This document shows positions 1-9,094 of a stretch of DNA of 64,000 nucleotides, one piece after another (position 1 is the first letter of the stretch; each line of letters begins with the position of its first letter). The position numbers and the translations under genes are program-made. The notes below the pieces were generated by a model that saw nothing but the letters and a program-made list of their open reading frames with translations, did no database searches and had not been told where the DNA came from. The stretch lies in assembly GCA_039806045.1 (NCBI GenBank), contig JBDKLN010000050.1, positions 1,873 through 65,872 of the forward strand. The letters run 5' to 3'. The DNA is from Pseudomonadota bacterium. GTDB taxonomy: Bacteria; Pseudomonadota; Gammaproteobacteria; Burkholderiales; Burkholderiaceae_D.

Positions 1-876
1 GAAGATCACCATCTCGATTGAGGGCACGATGCCGACGAAGGACGGCGACATGAAGCCGACCTGCAGCGTGAACATCGCGCCGCCGATAGCCGAGATGCCC
101 GCTGCGGCGACGAAGGTGAATACCTTGAAGTTCGCCACGTCATAGCCCGAGAAGCGCACGCGCTCTTCCTTGTCGCGCATCGCCACCAGCAACCGGCCCA
201 GCTTCGAGGTCAGCACGAAGCGGCCAAACAGGATGCAGGCCACCAGCAAACCGCAGCAGGCGAAGTACAGGATCAGCTTGGCGTCGTCGGTGCGGATGTC
301 CCAGCCCAGCAGGGTCTTGAGGTCGGTGATGCCGTTGACGCCGCCGGTCCAGCCCTGGCGGCCGATGATCAGGATGGTCAGGATGGCGGCGATCGCTTGC
401 GTGACAATCGAGAAATACACATCGCCGACGCGCCGCTTGAACATCGAGATGCCGACAATGAAGGCCAGCAGCATGGGCACGGCCAGCACCAGCGCAAACG
501 TCAGCGGGAAGCTCTTGAACGGCAGCCAGATCGCCGGCAGTTCGGTCAGCTGGTTCCAGTCCATGAAGTCGGGGATGCCCGGAGTGGACTGGATCTTGGT
601 GCTGATCGGGTCAGAGGCCTCGAGCTTCAGGAAGGCCGCCATGCAGTAGCCGCCCAGGCCGAAGAACACGCCCTGTCCCAGCGACAGGATGCCGCCATAG
701 CCCCAACACAGCACCAGGCCGACGGCCACGAACGCATACGACAAGTACTTGCCGACCATGTTCAGACGGAAGTTGTTCAGCGCCAGCGGGAAGATCACGA
801 ACAGCAGCACGCACAGGACCAGCAGGCCGATCGCCCCCTGTCTGCCGCCCAGTATTTTTTCGTACGCGGAATTCAT
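1..876 (-). CDS. urtC: Urea/amide ABC transporter permease UrtC (3' end runs off the window)
   Basis: Not in the ORF track; translated by hand from ATG at 876: MNSAYEKILGG...GKYLSYAFVAVGLVLCWGYGGILSLGQGVFFGLGGYCMA...PGIPDFMDWNQ...RDKEERVRFSGY. Typical UrtC motifs, directly downstream of urtB. Confidence 0.9.
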   Translation of the reverse strand, partial: MNSAYEKILGGRQGAIGLLVLCVLLFVIFPLALNNFRLNMVGKYLSYAFVAVGLVLCWGYGGILSLGQGVFFGLGGYCMAAFLKLEASDPISTKIQSTPGIPDFMDWNQLTELPAIWLPFKSFPLTFALVLAVPMLLAFIVGISMFKRRVGDVYFSIVTQAIAAILTILIIGRQGWTGGVNGITDLKTLLGWDIRTDDAKLILYFACCGLLVACILFGRFVLTSKLGRLLVAMRDKEERVRFSGYDVANFKVFTFVAAAGISAIGGAMFTLQVGFMSPSFVGIVPSIEMVIF

Positions 877-906
877 CTTGCGTCCTTTCGATTCGGAGAT
901 TCGGGA

Positions 907-1824
907 TTACTTGCGGACCTTGACGGCGAACAGGCCTTGCGGGCGCATCAGCAAGATCAGGATCACGGCCGACAGCGTCAGCACCTTGGCCAGCGAACCG
1001 GTCATGAAGAACTCCGACGTCGATTGGGTCTGGGCGATCGCGAATGCCGACACGATGGTGCCGACCAGGCTTTGCGCGCCGCCGAACACGACCGTCAGGA
1101 AGGTGTCGACGATGTACAGCGAACCGGAGGTCGGGCCGGTCGAACCGATGGTGGTGAAAGCCGCGCCGGCCACACCCGCCACGCCACAACCGAGTGCGAA
1201 GGTGGTGCGATCGACCTTGCGGGTATTGATGCCGACGGCGCCCGACATCAGGCGGTTCTGCATCGTGGCGCGCACCTGCAGGCCCCAGCGCGAGCGGTAC
1301 AGCAGGATGAAAATGGTCCCGGTCAGCACAGCCGTCATCGCCATGATGAACAGGCCGTTGAGCGGAATGTCGACGCCTTCGAAGGGTTGCACCGAGCCCA
1401 TCAGCCAGTCGGGCAGGGTGGCCGTGACTTCCTTCGGGCCAAAGGTGGAACGAAACACCTGCTGCATGATCAGCGACAGACCCCAGGTCGCCAGCAGCGT
1501 GTCGAGCGGGCGCTTGTACAGGTGCGAGATCATCAGGCGCTCGACCCAGTAGCCGACGAAATAGGCGACCAGGAAGGCCAGCGCGATCGCGCCGAAAAAG
1601 TAATACGGCTGCAGCGACGGGGCGTAGTCAGTCGTCAGCTTGGACAGCAGGTAAGTGGCGTAGGCGCCGATGGTCAGGAACTCGCCATGCGCCATGTTGA
1701 TGACGCCCATCTGGCCGAAAATGATCGCCAGGCCGAGTGCCATCAGCAGCAGCACGCAGAACACGGACAGCCCGTTAAACCCCTGCATCATCAGGATGCC
1801 GCCAAATTCAGATAACCAGTCCAT
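907..1824 (-). CDS. urtB: Urea/amide ABC transporter permease UrtB (short form)
   Basis: LGLAIIFGQMGVINMAHGEF and RPLDTLLATWGLSL motifs; hydrophobic; lies between urtA and urtC. Confidence 0.92.
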   Translation of the reverse strand: MDWLSEFGGILMMQGFNGLSVFCVLLLMALGLAIIFGQMGVINMAHGEFLTIGAYATYLLSKLTTDYAPSLQPYYFFGAIALAFLVAYFVGYWVERLMISHLYKRPLDTLLATWGLSLIMQQVFRSTFGPKEVTATLPDWLMGSVQPFEGVDIPLNGLFIMAMTAVLTGTIFILLYRSRWGLQVRATMQNRLMSGAVGINTRKVDRTTFALGCGVAGVAGAAFTTIGSTGPTSGSLYIVDTFLTVVFGGAQSLVGTIVSAFAIAQTQSTSEFFMTGSLAKVLTLSAVILILLMRPQGLFAVKVRK

Positions 1825-1964
1825 GTTGACTCCTTAAGTGCGCTGCACGCTTCCGTCCGGGCGGGCCGGTCGGCGTCATGCGTTGAATGCCGGTTGCCGC
1901 GCAAAACAAATCGGGCGGCGCCGGCGCCGGGTGTCCCCTTTGCCGCGCGCCGCCCGTCAGACGA

Positions 1965-3206
1965 TTACTGGTAGCCCTTCGGGAAGGGGTTCGGCTCGAT
2001 CAGGCCCGACTCGTAGATCAGCTTGAACTGGCCGTTCTTCTGGATCTGGCCGATGCGGGTCTTGGACCACAGGTGATGGTTCTCGTGCAGCTTCACGTAG
2101 CCTTCCGGCGCTGTTTTCAGCTCGATGCCCGGCGATGCCGCGACGACCTTGTCCACGTCAAACGAACCGGCCTTCTCGACAGCGGCCTTCCACAGCCACG
2201 GGCCGAGGTAGCCGGCCTGGGTCACGTCGCCGATGACGGCATTGGCGCCGTACTTGGCCTTGAACGCCTCGACAAACTTCTTGTTGTTGGCGTTGTCCAG
2301 CGACTGGAAGTACTTCATCGACGAGTAGAAGCCTTCGGCGTTTTCGCCGCCGACGCCCAGCATTTCGTCTTCGGTCACCGACAGGGTCAGCACGACCTGG
2401 GTCTTGCCGGTCACGCCGGCGGCCTTCAGCTGCTTGAAGAAGGCGACGGTCGAGCCGCCGACCACGTCGACGAACACAACGTCCGGCTTCTTCAGCTTGA
2501 TCTTGTTGATCAGCGAGCCGAACTGGGTGTTGCCCAGCGGGTAGTACTCTTCGCCGACGACTTCGCCCTTGATCACGTTCTCGATGTGCTTGCGCGCGAT
2601 CTTGTTCGAGGTCCGCGGCCAGATGTAGTCGGAGCCGACCAGGAAGTAGCTCTTGGCCTTCTTTTCTTTCGCGACCCAGTCCAGGCCTGCGAGGATCTGC
2701 TGCGTCGCTTCCTGGCCGGTGTAGATCACGTTCTTCGACTGCTCCAGGCCTTCATAGAAGGTCGGGTAGTAGAGCAGGCCGTTTTCCTTTTCGACCACCG
2801 GCAGCACCGCCTTGCGCGATGCCGAAGTCCAGCAGCCAAAGATGGTTGCGACCCGGTCGCTGACCAGCAGCTTCTTGGCCTTCTCGGCGAAGGTCGGCCA
2901 GTCGGATGCGCCGTCTTCCTGAACGATCTTGATCTTGCGGCCGAGGACGCCACCCATCGCGTTGATCTGCTCGATCGCAAGACGCTCGGCCTGGATCGCG
3001 CCGGTCTCGGAAATCGCCATCGTGCCGGTCGCCGAGTGCAGCTGGCCAACGATGACCTCGGTATCGGTCACGGCCAGCTTGGTGGTGTTGACAGCGGCAG
3101 TGGCGGGCGGGGCAGCCAGGGCGAAGCCCGGCAGTGCAACGGCCGCAGCTGCGGCGAGGCCCGCCAGGGCCTGGCGGCGACCTGCAGATTTCAGTTGTTC
3201 AGACAT
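1965..3206 (-). CDS. urtA: Urea/short-chain amide ABC transporter substrate-binding protein UrtA (FmdD-like) with twin-arginine signal
   Basis: GQLHSATGTMAISE, DGASDWPTF, FGCWTSASRKAV and YPTFYEGLE motifs. N-terminus GRRQALAGLAAAAAVALPGFALA. Start placed at ATG 3206. Confidence 0.92.
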   Translation of the reverse strand: MSEQLKSAGRRQALAGLAAAAAVALPGFALAAPPATAAVNTTKLAVTDTEVIVGQLHSATGTMAISETGAIQAERLAIEQINAMGGVLGRKIKIVQEDGASDWPTFAEKAKKLLVSDRVATIFGCWTSASRKAVLPVVEKENGLLYYPTFYEGLEQSKNVIYTGQEATQQILAGLDWVAKEKKAKSYFLVGSDYIWPRTSNKIARKHIENVIKGEVVGEEYYPLGNTQFGSLINKIKLKKPDVVFVDVVGGSTVAFFKQLKAAGVTGKTQVVLTLSVTEDEMLGVGGENAEGFYSSMKYFQSLDNANNKKFVEAFKAKYGANAVIGDVTQAGYLGPWLWKAAVEKAGSFDVDKVVAASPGIELKTAPEGYVKLHENHHLWSKTRIGQIQKNGQFKLIYESGLIEPNPFPKGYQ

Positions 3207-3346
3207 GCGATTTCCTTTCACACGAGGTCGTTACGGAGATGACAGGGGAGACTGCCGCTGGCCTTGCTATCCGGTCGCATCGTCCTGTGCGGCACCGGGA
3301 CTGCAGGGCTTGAAGCGAGAGTAGGTTTTCGCGACGCAGTGCAGCA

Positions 3347-3364
3347 ATACGCCGTTTGACGTAG
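3347..3364. promoter_or_regulatory. Putative response-regulator operator (imperfect TACGTC-N4-GACGTA palindrome)
   Basis: atacgccgtttgacgtag upstream of urtA; same 18-bp pattern as 3581-3598 and 7823-7840. Confidence 0.55.
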
Positions 3365-3430
3365 CGGTATGCGCAGCAGGGAAGGAGCGCTGTGTGATTC
3401 GATCTGTGGTACGTCACGCGGCCACAAACA

Positions 3431-3446
3431 TGCACGCGACATGCCC
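3431..3446 (-). promoter_or_regulatory. Possible sigma54 (-24/-12) promoter for the urt operon
   Basis: Minus strand gGGCATGtcgcgtGCA = GG-N10-GC, oriented toward urtA, with an NtrC-type box about 65 bp upstream. Confidence 0.45.
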
Positions 3447-3509
3447 CAGCATGGCGCGGCACTCGTCACAGGGGCAGCGGGCGACTCAGCCCCATGCTGG
3501 CGCATTGCG

Positions 3510-3526
3510 CGCACCGTGCGGGTGCG
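3510..3526. promoter_or_regulatory. NtrC-type binding site
   Basis: cGCACCgtgcgGGTGCg = GCACC-N5-GGTGC; a degenerate copy (gccccatgctggcgc) lies at 3489-3503. Confidence 0.5.
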
Positions 3527-3580
3527 GTGCGCTGCGGCGAGGGCGTGGCGATGAATGCTGTAGAAGCGATGTGCGCTCGC

Positions 3581-3598
3581 CTACGTCAAATGACGTAG
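3581..3598. promoter_or_regulatory. Palindromic operator CTACGTCA-aa-TGACGTAG
   Basis: 8-2-8 inverted repeat with perfect arms in the divergent urtA/kinase intergenic region. Confidence 0.6.
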
Positions 3599-3762
3599 GC
3601 CGATGACGCATGCAGGTGTTCGGTTCGGCGCGACCATGGTGTAAAACTTGCTCAACAAAACACAACCCCATCGGTGCAGGTCGCTGCACCCGCAGCTACA
3701 GCAAGACTCGCTTGACCGGCGTGCCTGCTTCACCCGATAACAACGCCTAACGGAGCGAACCC

Positions 3763-6700
3763 TTGAATTCGACCTCGGTCCAGCGCATCGTCAAGAGCCG
3801 GCGCGACTACAACAGCTGGGTCGCGACCGAGACGCTGGAAGACTATGCGCTGCGCTACACGCCGCTGTCATTCCGGCGCTGGTCGGAACTGCGCATCGCC
3901 AACACCGCGCTGGGCGCCGTGTCCTTCCTGGCGCTGGAAGCCATCGGCGGCGCCGTCACGGTGTCGTATGGCTTCACGAATGCGCTGTGGGCGATTGCGA
4001 TCGTGTCGCTGGTGATTTTCCTGACCAGCCTGCCGATCAGCTATTACACCGCACGCTATGGCGTCGACATGGATTTGCTGACGCGCGGTGCCGGCTTTGG
4101 TTACATAGGCTCGACGATCACGTCGCTGATCTATGCCAGCTTCACCTTCATCTTCTTCGCGCTCGAAGCGTCGATCATGGCGCAGGCGGTCGAAATGGAA
4201 TGGGGGCTGCCGCTGGCGTACGGCTATGTATTGTGCTCGGTGGTCATCATCCCGCTGGTAATCCATGGCGTGACCCTGATCGGCCGCCTGCAGGCATGGA
4301 CGCAGCCCCTGTGGGCTGTGCTGATGGTGCTGCCGTTCGTCGCCGTGTTTCGCAAGGAACCCGACTTGATGACCCGGCTGCTGTCCTTCACCGGGGGGCA
4401 GCCGGCGGGCGCGCACTTCGACTGGGTGCTGTTCGGTTCGGCAGCCACGGTGGCCTTCTCGTTGATTGCCCAGATCGGCGAGCAGGTTGACTTCCTGCGC
4501 TTCTTGCCCGAAAAGACAGCGGCCAATCGCGCGCGCTGGTGGGCTGCCTTGCTGATCGCCGGCCCCGGCTGGATAGTGATGGGAGCCGCCAAGATGCTGG
4601 CCGGTGCCTTGCTCGCCTACCTTGTCATCGACCACCGTCTGCCGGCGGACCAGGCGGTCGAGCCGACGCAGATGTACCTGGTCGCCTTCGGCTACCTGTT
4701 CTCCGACAGCAGCTGGATCATGGGTGCGACGGCCGTGTTCGTCCTCGTGTCGCAGGTCAAGATCAACCTGACCAATGCCTATGCCGGCTCGCTGGCCTGG
4801 TCGAATTTCTTTGCGCGCGTCACGCACAGCCATCCGGGCCGCGTGGTGTGGGTGGTCTTCAATGTGCTGATCGCAGTCCTGCTGATGGAAATCGGCGTGT
4901 TCTCGGCGCTGAAGGAGGTGCTGACGCTGTATTCGATGGTCGCCATTTCTTGGGTCGGCGCGCTGGTGGCGGATTTGGTCATCAACAAACCGCTTGGCCT
5001 GTCGCCCAGGCACATCGAGTTCAAGCGCGCCCATCTGTATGACATCAACCCGGTCGGCGTAGGCGCGATGGCCATGGCGACGGCCTTGTCGCTGGCCGCC
5101 CTCGCCGGCAGTTTTGGGGAAGTGGCCGCAGCGCTGGCGCCATTCATTGCGCTGCTGTCGGCCATGGTGCTGGCGCCCGCCATCGCGATGGCCACGCGCA
5201 GCCGCTACTACATCGCGCGCACGCCCAACGGGCATGATGCGCACGATGGAAGCCGCCAGTGTGTGATCTGTGAAAACACGTTCGAGCCGGCCGATCTTGC
5301 CCACTGTCCCGCGTATGCAGGCACGATCTGTTCGCTGTGTTGCTCACTGGATGTGCGCTGCGAGGATCGCTGCAAGACGGATTCGCGGATGACGGAGCAG
5401 TTCCACCGGCTGGTCGACACCGTGCTGCCAGCGCCGCTGGCGCGCCGCATGCATAGCGAGGTCGGCCATTACCTGGTGCTGCTGGCGTTGTGCACCGTCG
5501 TGCTGCTGGCCGTGCTGGGCACGATCTACGCGCTGGAGCTGCCCGACATACAGCATCTGCCTTTCTATGCGCTGGAGAATCTGCAGGGACTGTTCGTCAA
5601 GCTGTTCGCCGCGTTTTTCCTGATGACGGGCATCGGCGTCTGGTGGCTGGTGCTGACAGCCGAGGCCCGGCGCAATGCGCAACAGGAATCGGAGCGCCAC
5701 AACCGACTGCTGATGGCTGAAATCGAAGCGCACAAGCAGACTGATCGCGAATTGCAACGTGCCAAGGATGCCGCCGAAGCCTCGAGCCTCGCGAAGAGCC
5801 GCTTCGTGACCGGCATGAGCCACGAACTGCGCACGCCGCTCAACAGCATCCTCGGCTATGCGCAAATCTTGCAGGGCGACTCGCAGATACCGCCCAAGCG
5901 GCAGAACGCGGTGTCGGTGATACGGCGCAGCGGCGAGCACTTGTTGTCGCTGATTGACGGCATGCTCGATATTGCGCGCATCGAGGCCGGCAAGATGCGA
6001 CTTGAATCCGGCGAGCTGCCGCTGCGAGAATTCCTCGACCAGCTGGTGCAGATGGTCGCGCCGCAAGCCGCGCAAAAAGGGCTGCGCTTCAACTTCCTTG
6101 AGTCTGGCCGCATACCGCAAGCGGTGCATGCCGATGAAAAGCGGCTGCGCCAGATCCTGATCAACTTGCTGGCCAATGCCGTGAAGTTTACTGACACCGG
6201 CTCGGTCACGCTGCGCGTCACCTATGCGCGCGAGATTGCGACTTTCGAGGTCGAAGACACGGGCATCGGCATCTCGTCGGCGGACGTCGAGCGCATCTTC
6301 CTGCCCTTCGAGCGCAGCCAGGTGGCCAACCAGCGCAAGGAGGTTGGAACCGGACTCGGGCTGGCCATCTCGAACATGCTGGCACACATCATGGGCGGCG
6401 AACTCAGCGTACAGAGCACACCGGGGCAAGGCAGCGTGTTCCGCCTGCGCCTTTACCTGCGCGAAGTGCGCGAGCTTGCACGGCTGGCCGATGCGGAGGC
6501 AAGGCCGGTCGGCTACCTCGGCCCGCGAAAGCGGCTGCTGGTGGTCGATGACCATGGATCGCAGCGCGTTATCCTTCGCGAGATGCTGGAGCCGCTGGGC
6601 TTCGAGATCATCGAGGCCGACTGCGGCGAGGCCTGCCTCGACAAAGCCGAACAGCAGCGCCCGGACTTGGTCCTGATGGACATCGCCATGCCGGGTATCG

Positions 6701-7167
6701 ATGGCTGGGAAACCTGCACAAGGCTGCGCAATGCAGGTCATTACGAGCTGCCGATCATCGTGGTGTCCGCAAATGTGTTCGACACCACGGCAAAAAAGGG
6801 CGTCAGCATGGCCTGCAATGACTTCATCGCCAAACCGTTCCTGCTGCCTGATCTGCTGTCAAAGCTGAAGCTGCACCTCGGCATCGAATGGCTGCCTGGC
6901 GTGCAAGCTGCGCCACGGGTCGCGCAGACCGTGCACGTGGTGCCGCCGAAAGCAACGCTGGCGCGACTGCTGGAGCTGGGAGCGATCGGCTACGTGAAAG
7001 GCATTACCGGCGAGCTGGATGCGCTGGAGCAGAAGCATCCCATGTATGCGCCGTTTTGCGGCGAGCTGAGGACGCTGGTGGAGCGCTTTCGCCTGCCGGA
7101 ATACATGAACCGTTTGAAGGAGTGGGTCTATGACGACCTGGACCACGGAAACCGAATTGCAGGGTGA
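3763..7167 (+). CDS. Hybrid sensor histidine kinase: N-terminal NCS1/cytosine-permease-like membrane domain, Cys-rich linker, HisKA, HATPase, receiver
   Basis: About 480 aa multi-TM N-terminus; H-box MSHELRTPLNSILGY; N-box QILINLLANAVKFT; G-boxes DTGIG and GTGLGL; REC LLVVDD...LMDIAMPGIDG...KP. TTG start with upstream ggag. Confidence 0.9.
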   Translation: MNSTSVQRIVKSRRDYNSWVATETLEDYALRYTPLSFRRWSELRIANTALGAVSFLALEAIGGAVTVSYGFTNALWAIAIVSLVIFLTSLPISYYTARYGVDMDLLTRGAGFGYIGSTITSLIYASFTFIFFALEASIMAQAVEMEWGLPLAYGYVLCSVVIIPLVIHGVTLIGRLQAWTQPLWAVLMVLPFVAVFRKEPDLMTRLLSFTGGQPAGAHFDWVLFGSAATVAFSLIAQIGEQVDFLRFLPEKTAANRARWWAALLIAGPGWIVMGAAKMLAGALLAYLVIDHRLPADQAVEPTQMYLVAFGYLFSDSSWIMGATAVFVLVSQVKINLTNAYAGSLAWSNFFARVTHSHPGRVVWVVFNVLIAVLLMEIGVFSALKEVLTLYSMVAISWVGALVADLVINKPLGLSPRHIEFKRAHLYDINPVGVGAMAMATALSLAALAGSFGEVAAALAPFIALLSAMVLAPAIAMATRSRYYIARTPNGHDAHDGSRQCVICENTFEPADLAHCPAYAGTICSLCCSLDVRCEDRCKTDSRMTEQFHRLVDTVLPAPLARRMHSEVGHYLVLLALCTVVLLAVLGTIYALELPDIQHLPFYALENLQGLFVKLFAAFFLMTGIGVWWLVLTAEARRNAQQESERHNRLLMAEIEAHKQTDRELQRAKDAAEASSLAKSRFVTGMSHELRTPLNSILGYAQILQGDSQIPPKRQNAVSVIRRSGEHLLSLIDGMLDIARIEAGKMRLESGELPLREFLDQLVQMVAPQAAQKGLRFNFLESGRIPQAVHADEKRLRQILINLLANAVKFTDTGSVTLRVTYAREIATFEVEDTGIGISSADVERIFLPFERSQVANQRKEVGTGLGLAISNMLAHIMGGELSVQSTPGQGSVFRLRLYLREVRELARLADAEARPVGYLGPRKRLLVVDDHGSQRVILREMLEPLGFEIIEADCGEACLDKAEQQRPDLVLMDIAMPGIDGWETCTRLRNAGHYELPIIVVSANVFDTTAKKGVSMACNDFIAKPFLLPDLLSKLKLHLGIEWLPGVQAAPRVAQTVHVVPPKATLARLLELGAIGYVKGITGELDALEQKHPMYAPFCGELRTLVERFRLPEYMNRLKEWVYDDLDHGNRIAG

Positions 7168-7774
7168 TGTCGCCCTGATTGTGGATGACGTACCGGACAA
7201 CCTGTCATTGCTGTCGGACGCATTGTCGGAAGCAGGCTATACCGTGCTGGTGGCCACCGACGGGCAATCGGCGCTCGACAGCCTGCAAAAGGTGATGCCA
7301 GACGTTATCTTGCTCGATGCCGTAATGCCGGGCATTGACGGCTTCGAGACCTGCCAGCGCATCAAGCAAATCGACCGGGCGCAGCATGTGCCGGTGATTT
7401 TCATGACCGGCCTGACCGAGACTGAGCATGTGGTGAAGGGCTTTGCATCGGGTGGCATCGACTACGTGACCAAGCCCATCGACCCGGCCGAGGTGCTGGC
7501 CCGGGTCGCGACGCACATCCGCACCGCGCGCATGATCACGCAGGCGATGAAAGTCATCGCAGCCTCGCCCAACCTCGACCAGTACCAACTGACGCCGCGC
7601 GAAACCGACGTGCTGGGTTGGGTTGCAAAAGGCAAGACCAACCGCGACATCGGCGAGATCCTGGGCATGAGTCCGCGCACCGTGAACAAGCACCTCGAGC
7701 ACATCTACGTGAAGCTCGGCGTCGAGACGCGGGCAGCAGCGGCCGCACTGGTCGCGGCGCGCCGCATGGCCTGA
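7130..7774 (+). CDS. DNA-binding response regulator (REC + LuxR-type HTH)
   Basis: LIVDD...LLDAVMPGIDG...TKP receiver; LTPRETDVLGWVAKGKTNRDIGEILGMSPRTVNKHLEHIYVKLGV LuxR HTH; overlaps the kinase 3' end by 38 nt. Confidence 0.92.
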   Translation: MTTWTTETELQGDVALIVDDVPDNLSLLSDALSEAGYTVLVATDGQSALDSLQKVMPDVILLDAVMPGIDGFETCQRIKQIDRAQHVPVIFMTGLTETEHVVKGFASGGIDYVTKPIDPAEVLARVATHIRTARMITQAMKVIAASPNLDQYQLTPRETDVLGWVAKGKTNRDIGEILGMSPRTVNKHLEHIYVKLGVETRAAAAALVAARRMA

Positions 7775-7822
7775 CCCAAGCCGGCCCGCCGGGGGGCCAA
7801 CGCGCCCTGCGTCGTTTCACGG

Positions 7823-7840
7823 ATACGTCGAATGACGCAT
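7823..7840. promoter_or_regulatory. Putative response-regulator operator upstream of amiE
   Basis: atacgtcgaatgacgcat, about 100 bp before the amiE ATG; a degenerate adjacent copy lies at 7807-7824. Confidence 0.55.
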
Positions 7841-7938
7841 CCGAAAATTCGTGCGATTCGATTACCTTTGTTCGTAACGCGCCGTGATGGAGACGCGCTC
7901 CGTCACGCAGCACCACCGAACTTCAAAGGGAGAATCGC

Positions 7939-8979
7939 ATGTATCACGGTGATATTTCGAGCAGCAAGGATACCGTCGGCGTCGCCGTCGTAAATTACAA
8001 AATGCCGCGCCTGCACACCAAGGCCGAAGTACTGGCCAACGCGCGCAACATCGCAGACATGATCAAGGGCATGAAGGTCGGCCTGCCGGGCATGGACCTG
8101 GTGATTTTCCCGGAGTATTCGACCCACGGCATCATGTACGACGCCAAGGAGATGTACGATACCGCGGCAGCGGTGCCGGGCGAAGAGACGGAGATCTTCG
8201 CCGAAGCCTGTCGCTCGGCCAAGGTGTGGGGCGTGTTCTCGCTGACCGGCGAACGCCATGAAGAGCACCCGAACAAGGCGCCTTACAACACCCTGATCCT
8301 GATGAACGACAAGGGCGAGATCGTGCAGAAGTACCGCAAGATCATGCCCTGGGTACCGATCGAAGGCTGGTACCCCGGCAACTGCACGTACGTGTCGGAA
8401 GGCCCGAAAGGCTTGAAGATCAGCCTGATCATCTGCGACGACGGCAACTACCCTGAAATCTGGCGCGATTGCGCAATGAAAGGCGCCGAGCTGATCGTGC
8501 GCTGCCAGGGCTATATGTACCCGGCCAAGGACCAGCAGGTGCTGATGGCCAAGGCGATGGCCTGGGCCAACAACAGCTATGTTGCCGTGGCGAACGCGGC
8601 CGGCTTCGACGGCGTGTACTCGTACTTCGGCCACTCGGCCATCATCGGTTTCGACGGACGCACGATGGGCGAATGCGGCGAAGAGGAGATGGGCATCCAG
8701 TACGCGCAGCTGTCGACCTCGCTGATCCGGGACGCGCGCAAGAACATGCAGTCCGAGAACCACCTGTTCAAGCTGCTGCATCGCGGCTATACCGGCAAGA
8801 TCAACTCCGGCGAAGACGACAAGGGCGTCGCTGCGTGCCCGTACGAGTTCTACGCCAAATGGGTCAACGACCCGGACGGCACGCGCGAGATGGTCGAATC
8901 CATCACCCGGCCCACGGTCGGCACCGACGAATGCCCGATCCCGGGCATTCCCAATCAGGCCGACAAGGTTCACAGATAA
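7939..8979 (+). CDS. amiE: Aliphatic amidase AmiE (nitrilase superfamily)
   Basis: [27 protein letters not shown]-terminus; catalytic Glu (FPEY), Lys (YRKI) and Cys (ICDDGNYPE); 346 aa. Confidence 0.96.
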   Translation: MYHGDISSSKDTVGVAVVNYKMPRLHTKAEVLANARNIADMIKGMKVGLPGMDLVIFPEYSTHGIMYDAKEMYDTAAAVPGEETEIFAEACRSAKVWGVFSLTGERHEEHPNKAPYNTLILMNDKGEIVQKYRKIMPWVPIEGWYPGNCTYVSEGPKGLKISLIICDDGNYPEIWRDCAMKGAELIVRCQGYMYPAKDQQVLMAKAMAWANNSYVAVANAAGFDGVYSYFGHSAIIGFDGRTMGECGEEEMGIQYAQLSTSLIRDARKNMQSENHLFKLLHRGYTGKINSGEDDKGVAACPYEFYAKWVNDPDGTREMVESITRPTVGTDECPIPGIPNQADKVHR

Positions 8980-9025
8980 GGTTTTTCCTCTCGTTCTGGC
9001 GAACGATTTTTACGTCCTTCGTAGA

Positions 9026-9085
9026 CGCCGGCCCGGGGCGGGATAGGCATGACAGCATGCCTACCCCTGGCCGGCGGTTTTTTTT
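9026..9085 (+). terminator. Intrinsic terminator-like hairpin between amiE and cbbQ
   Basis: cgccggcc...taggcatg/catgccta...ggccggcg stem followed by T8, immediately before the ggag SD of the next gene. Confidence 0.65.
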
Positions 9086-9094
9086 GGAGTCGTC

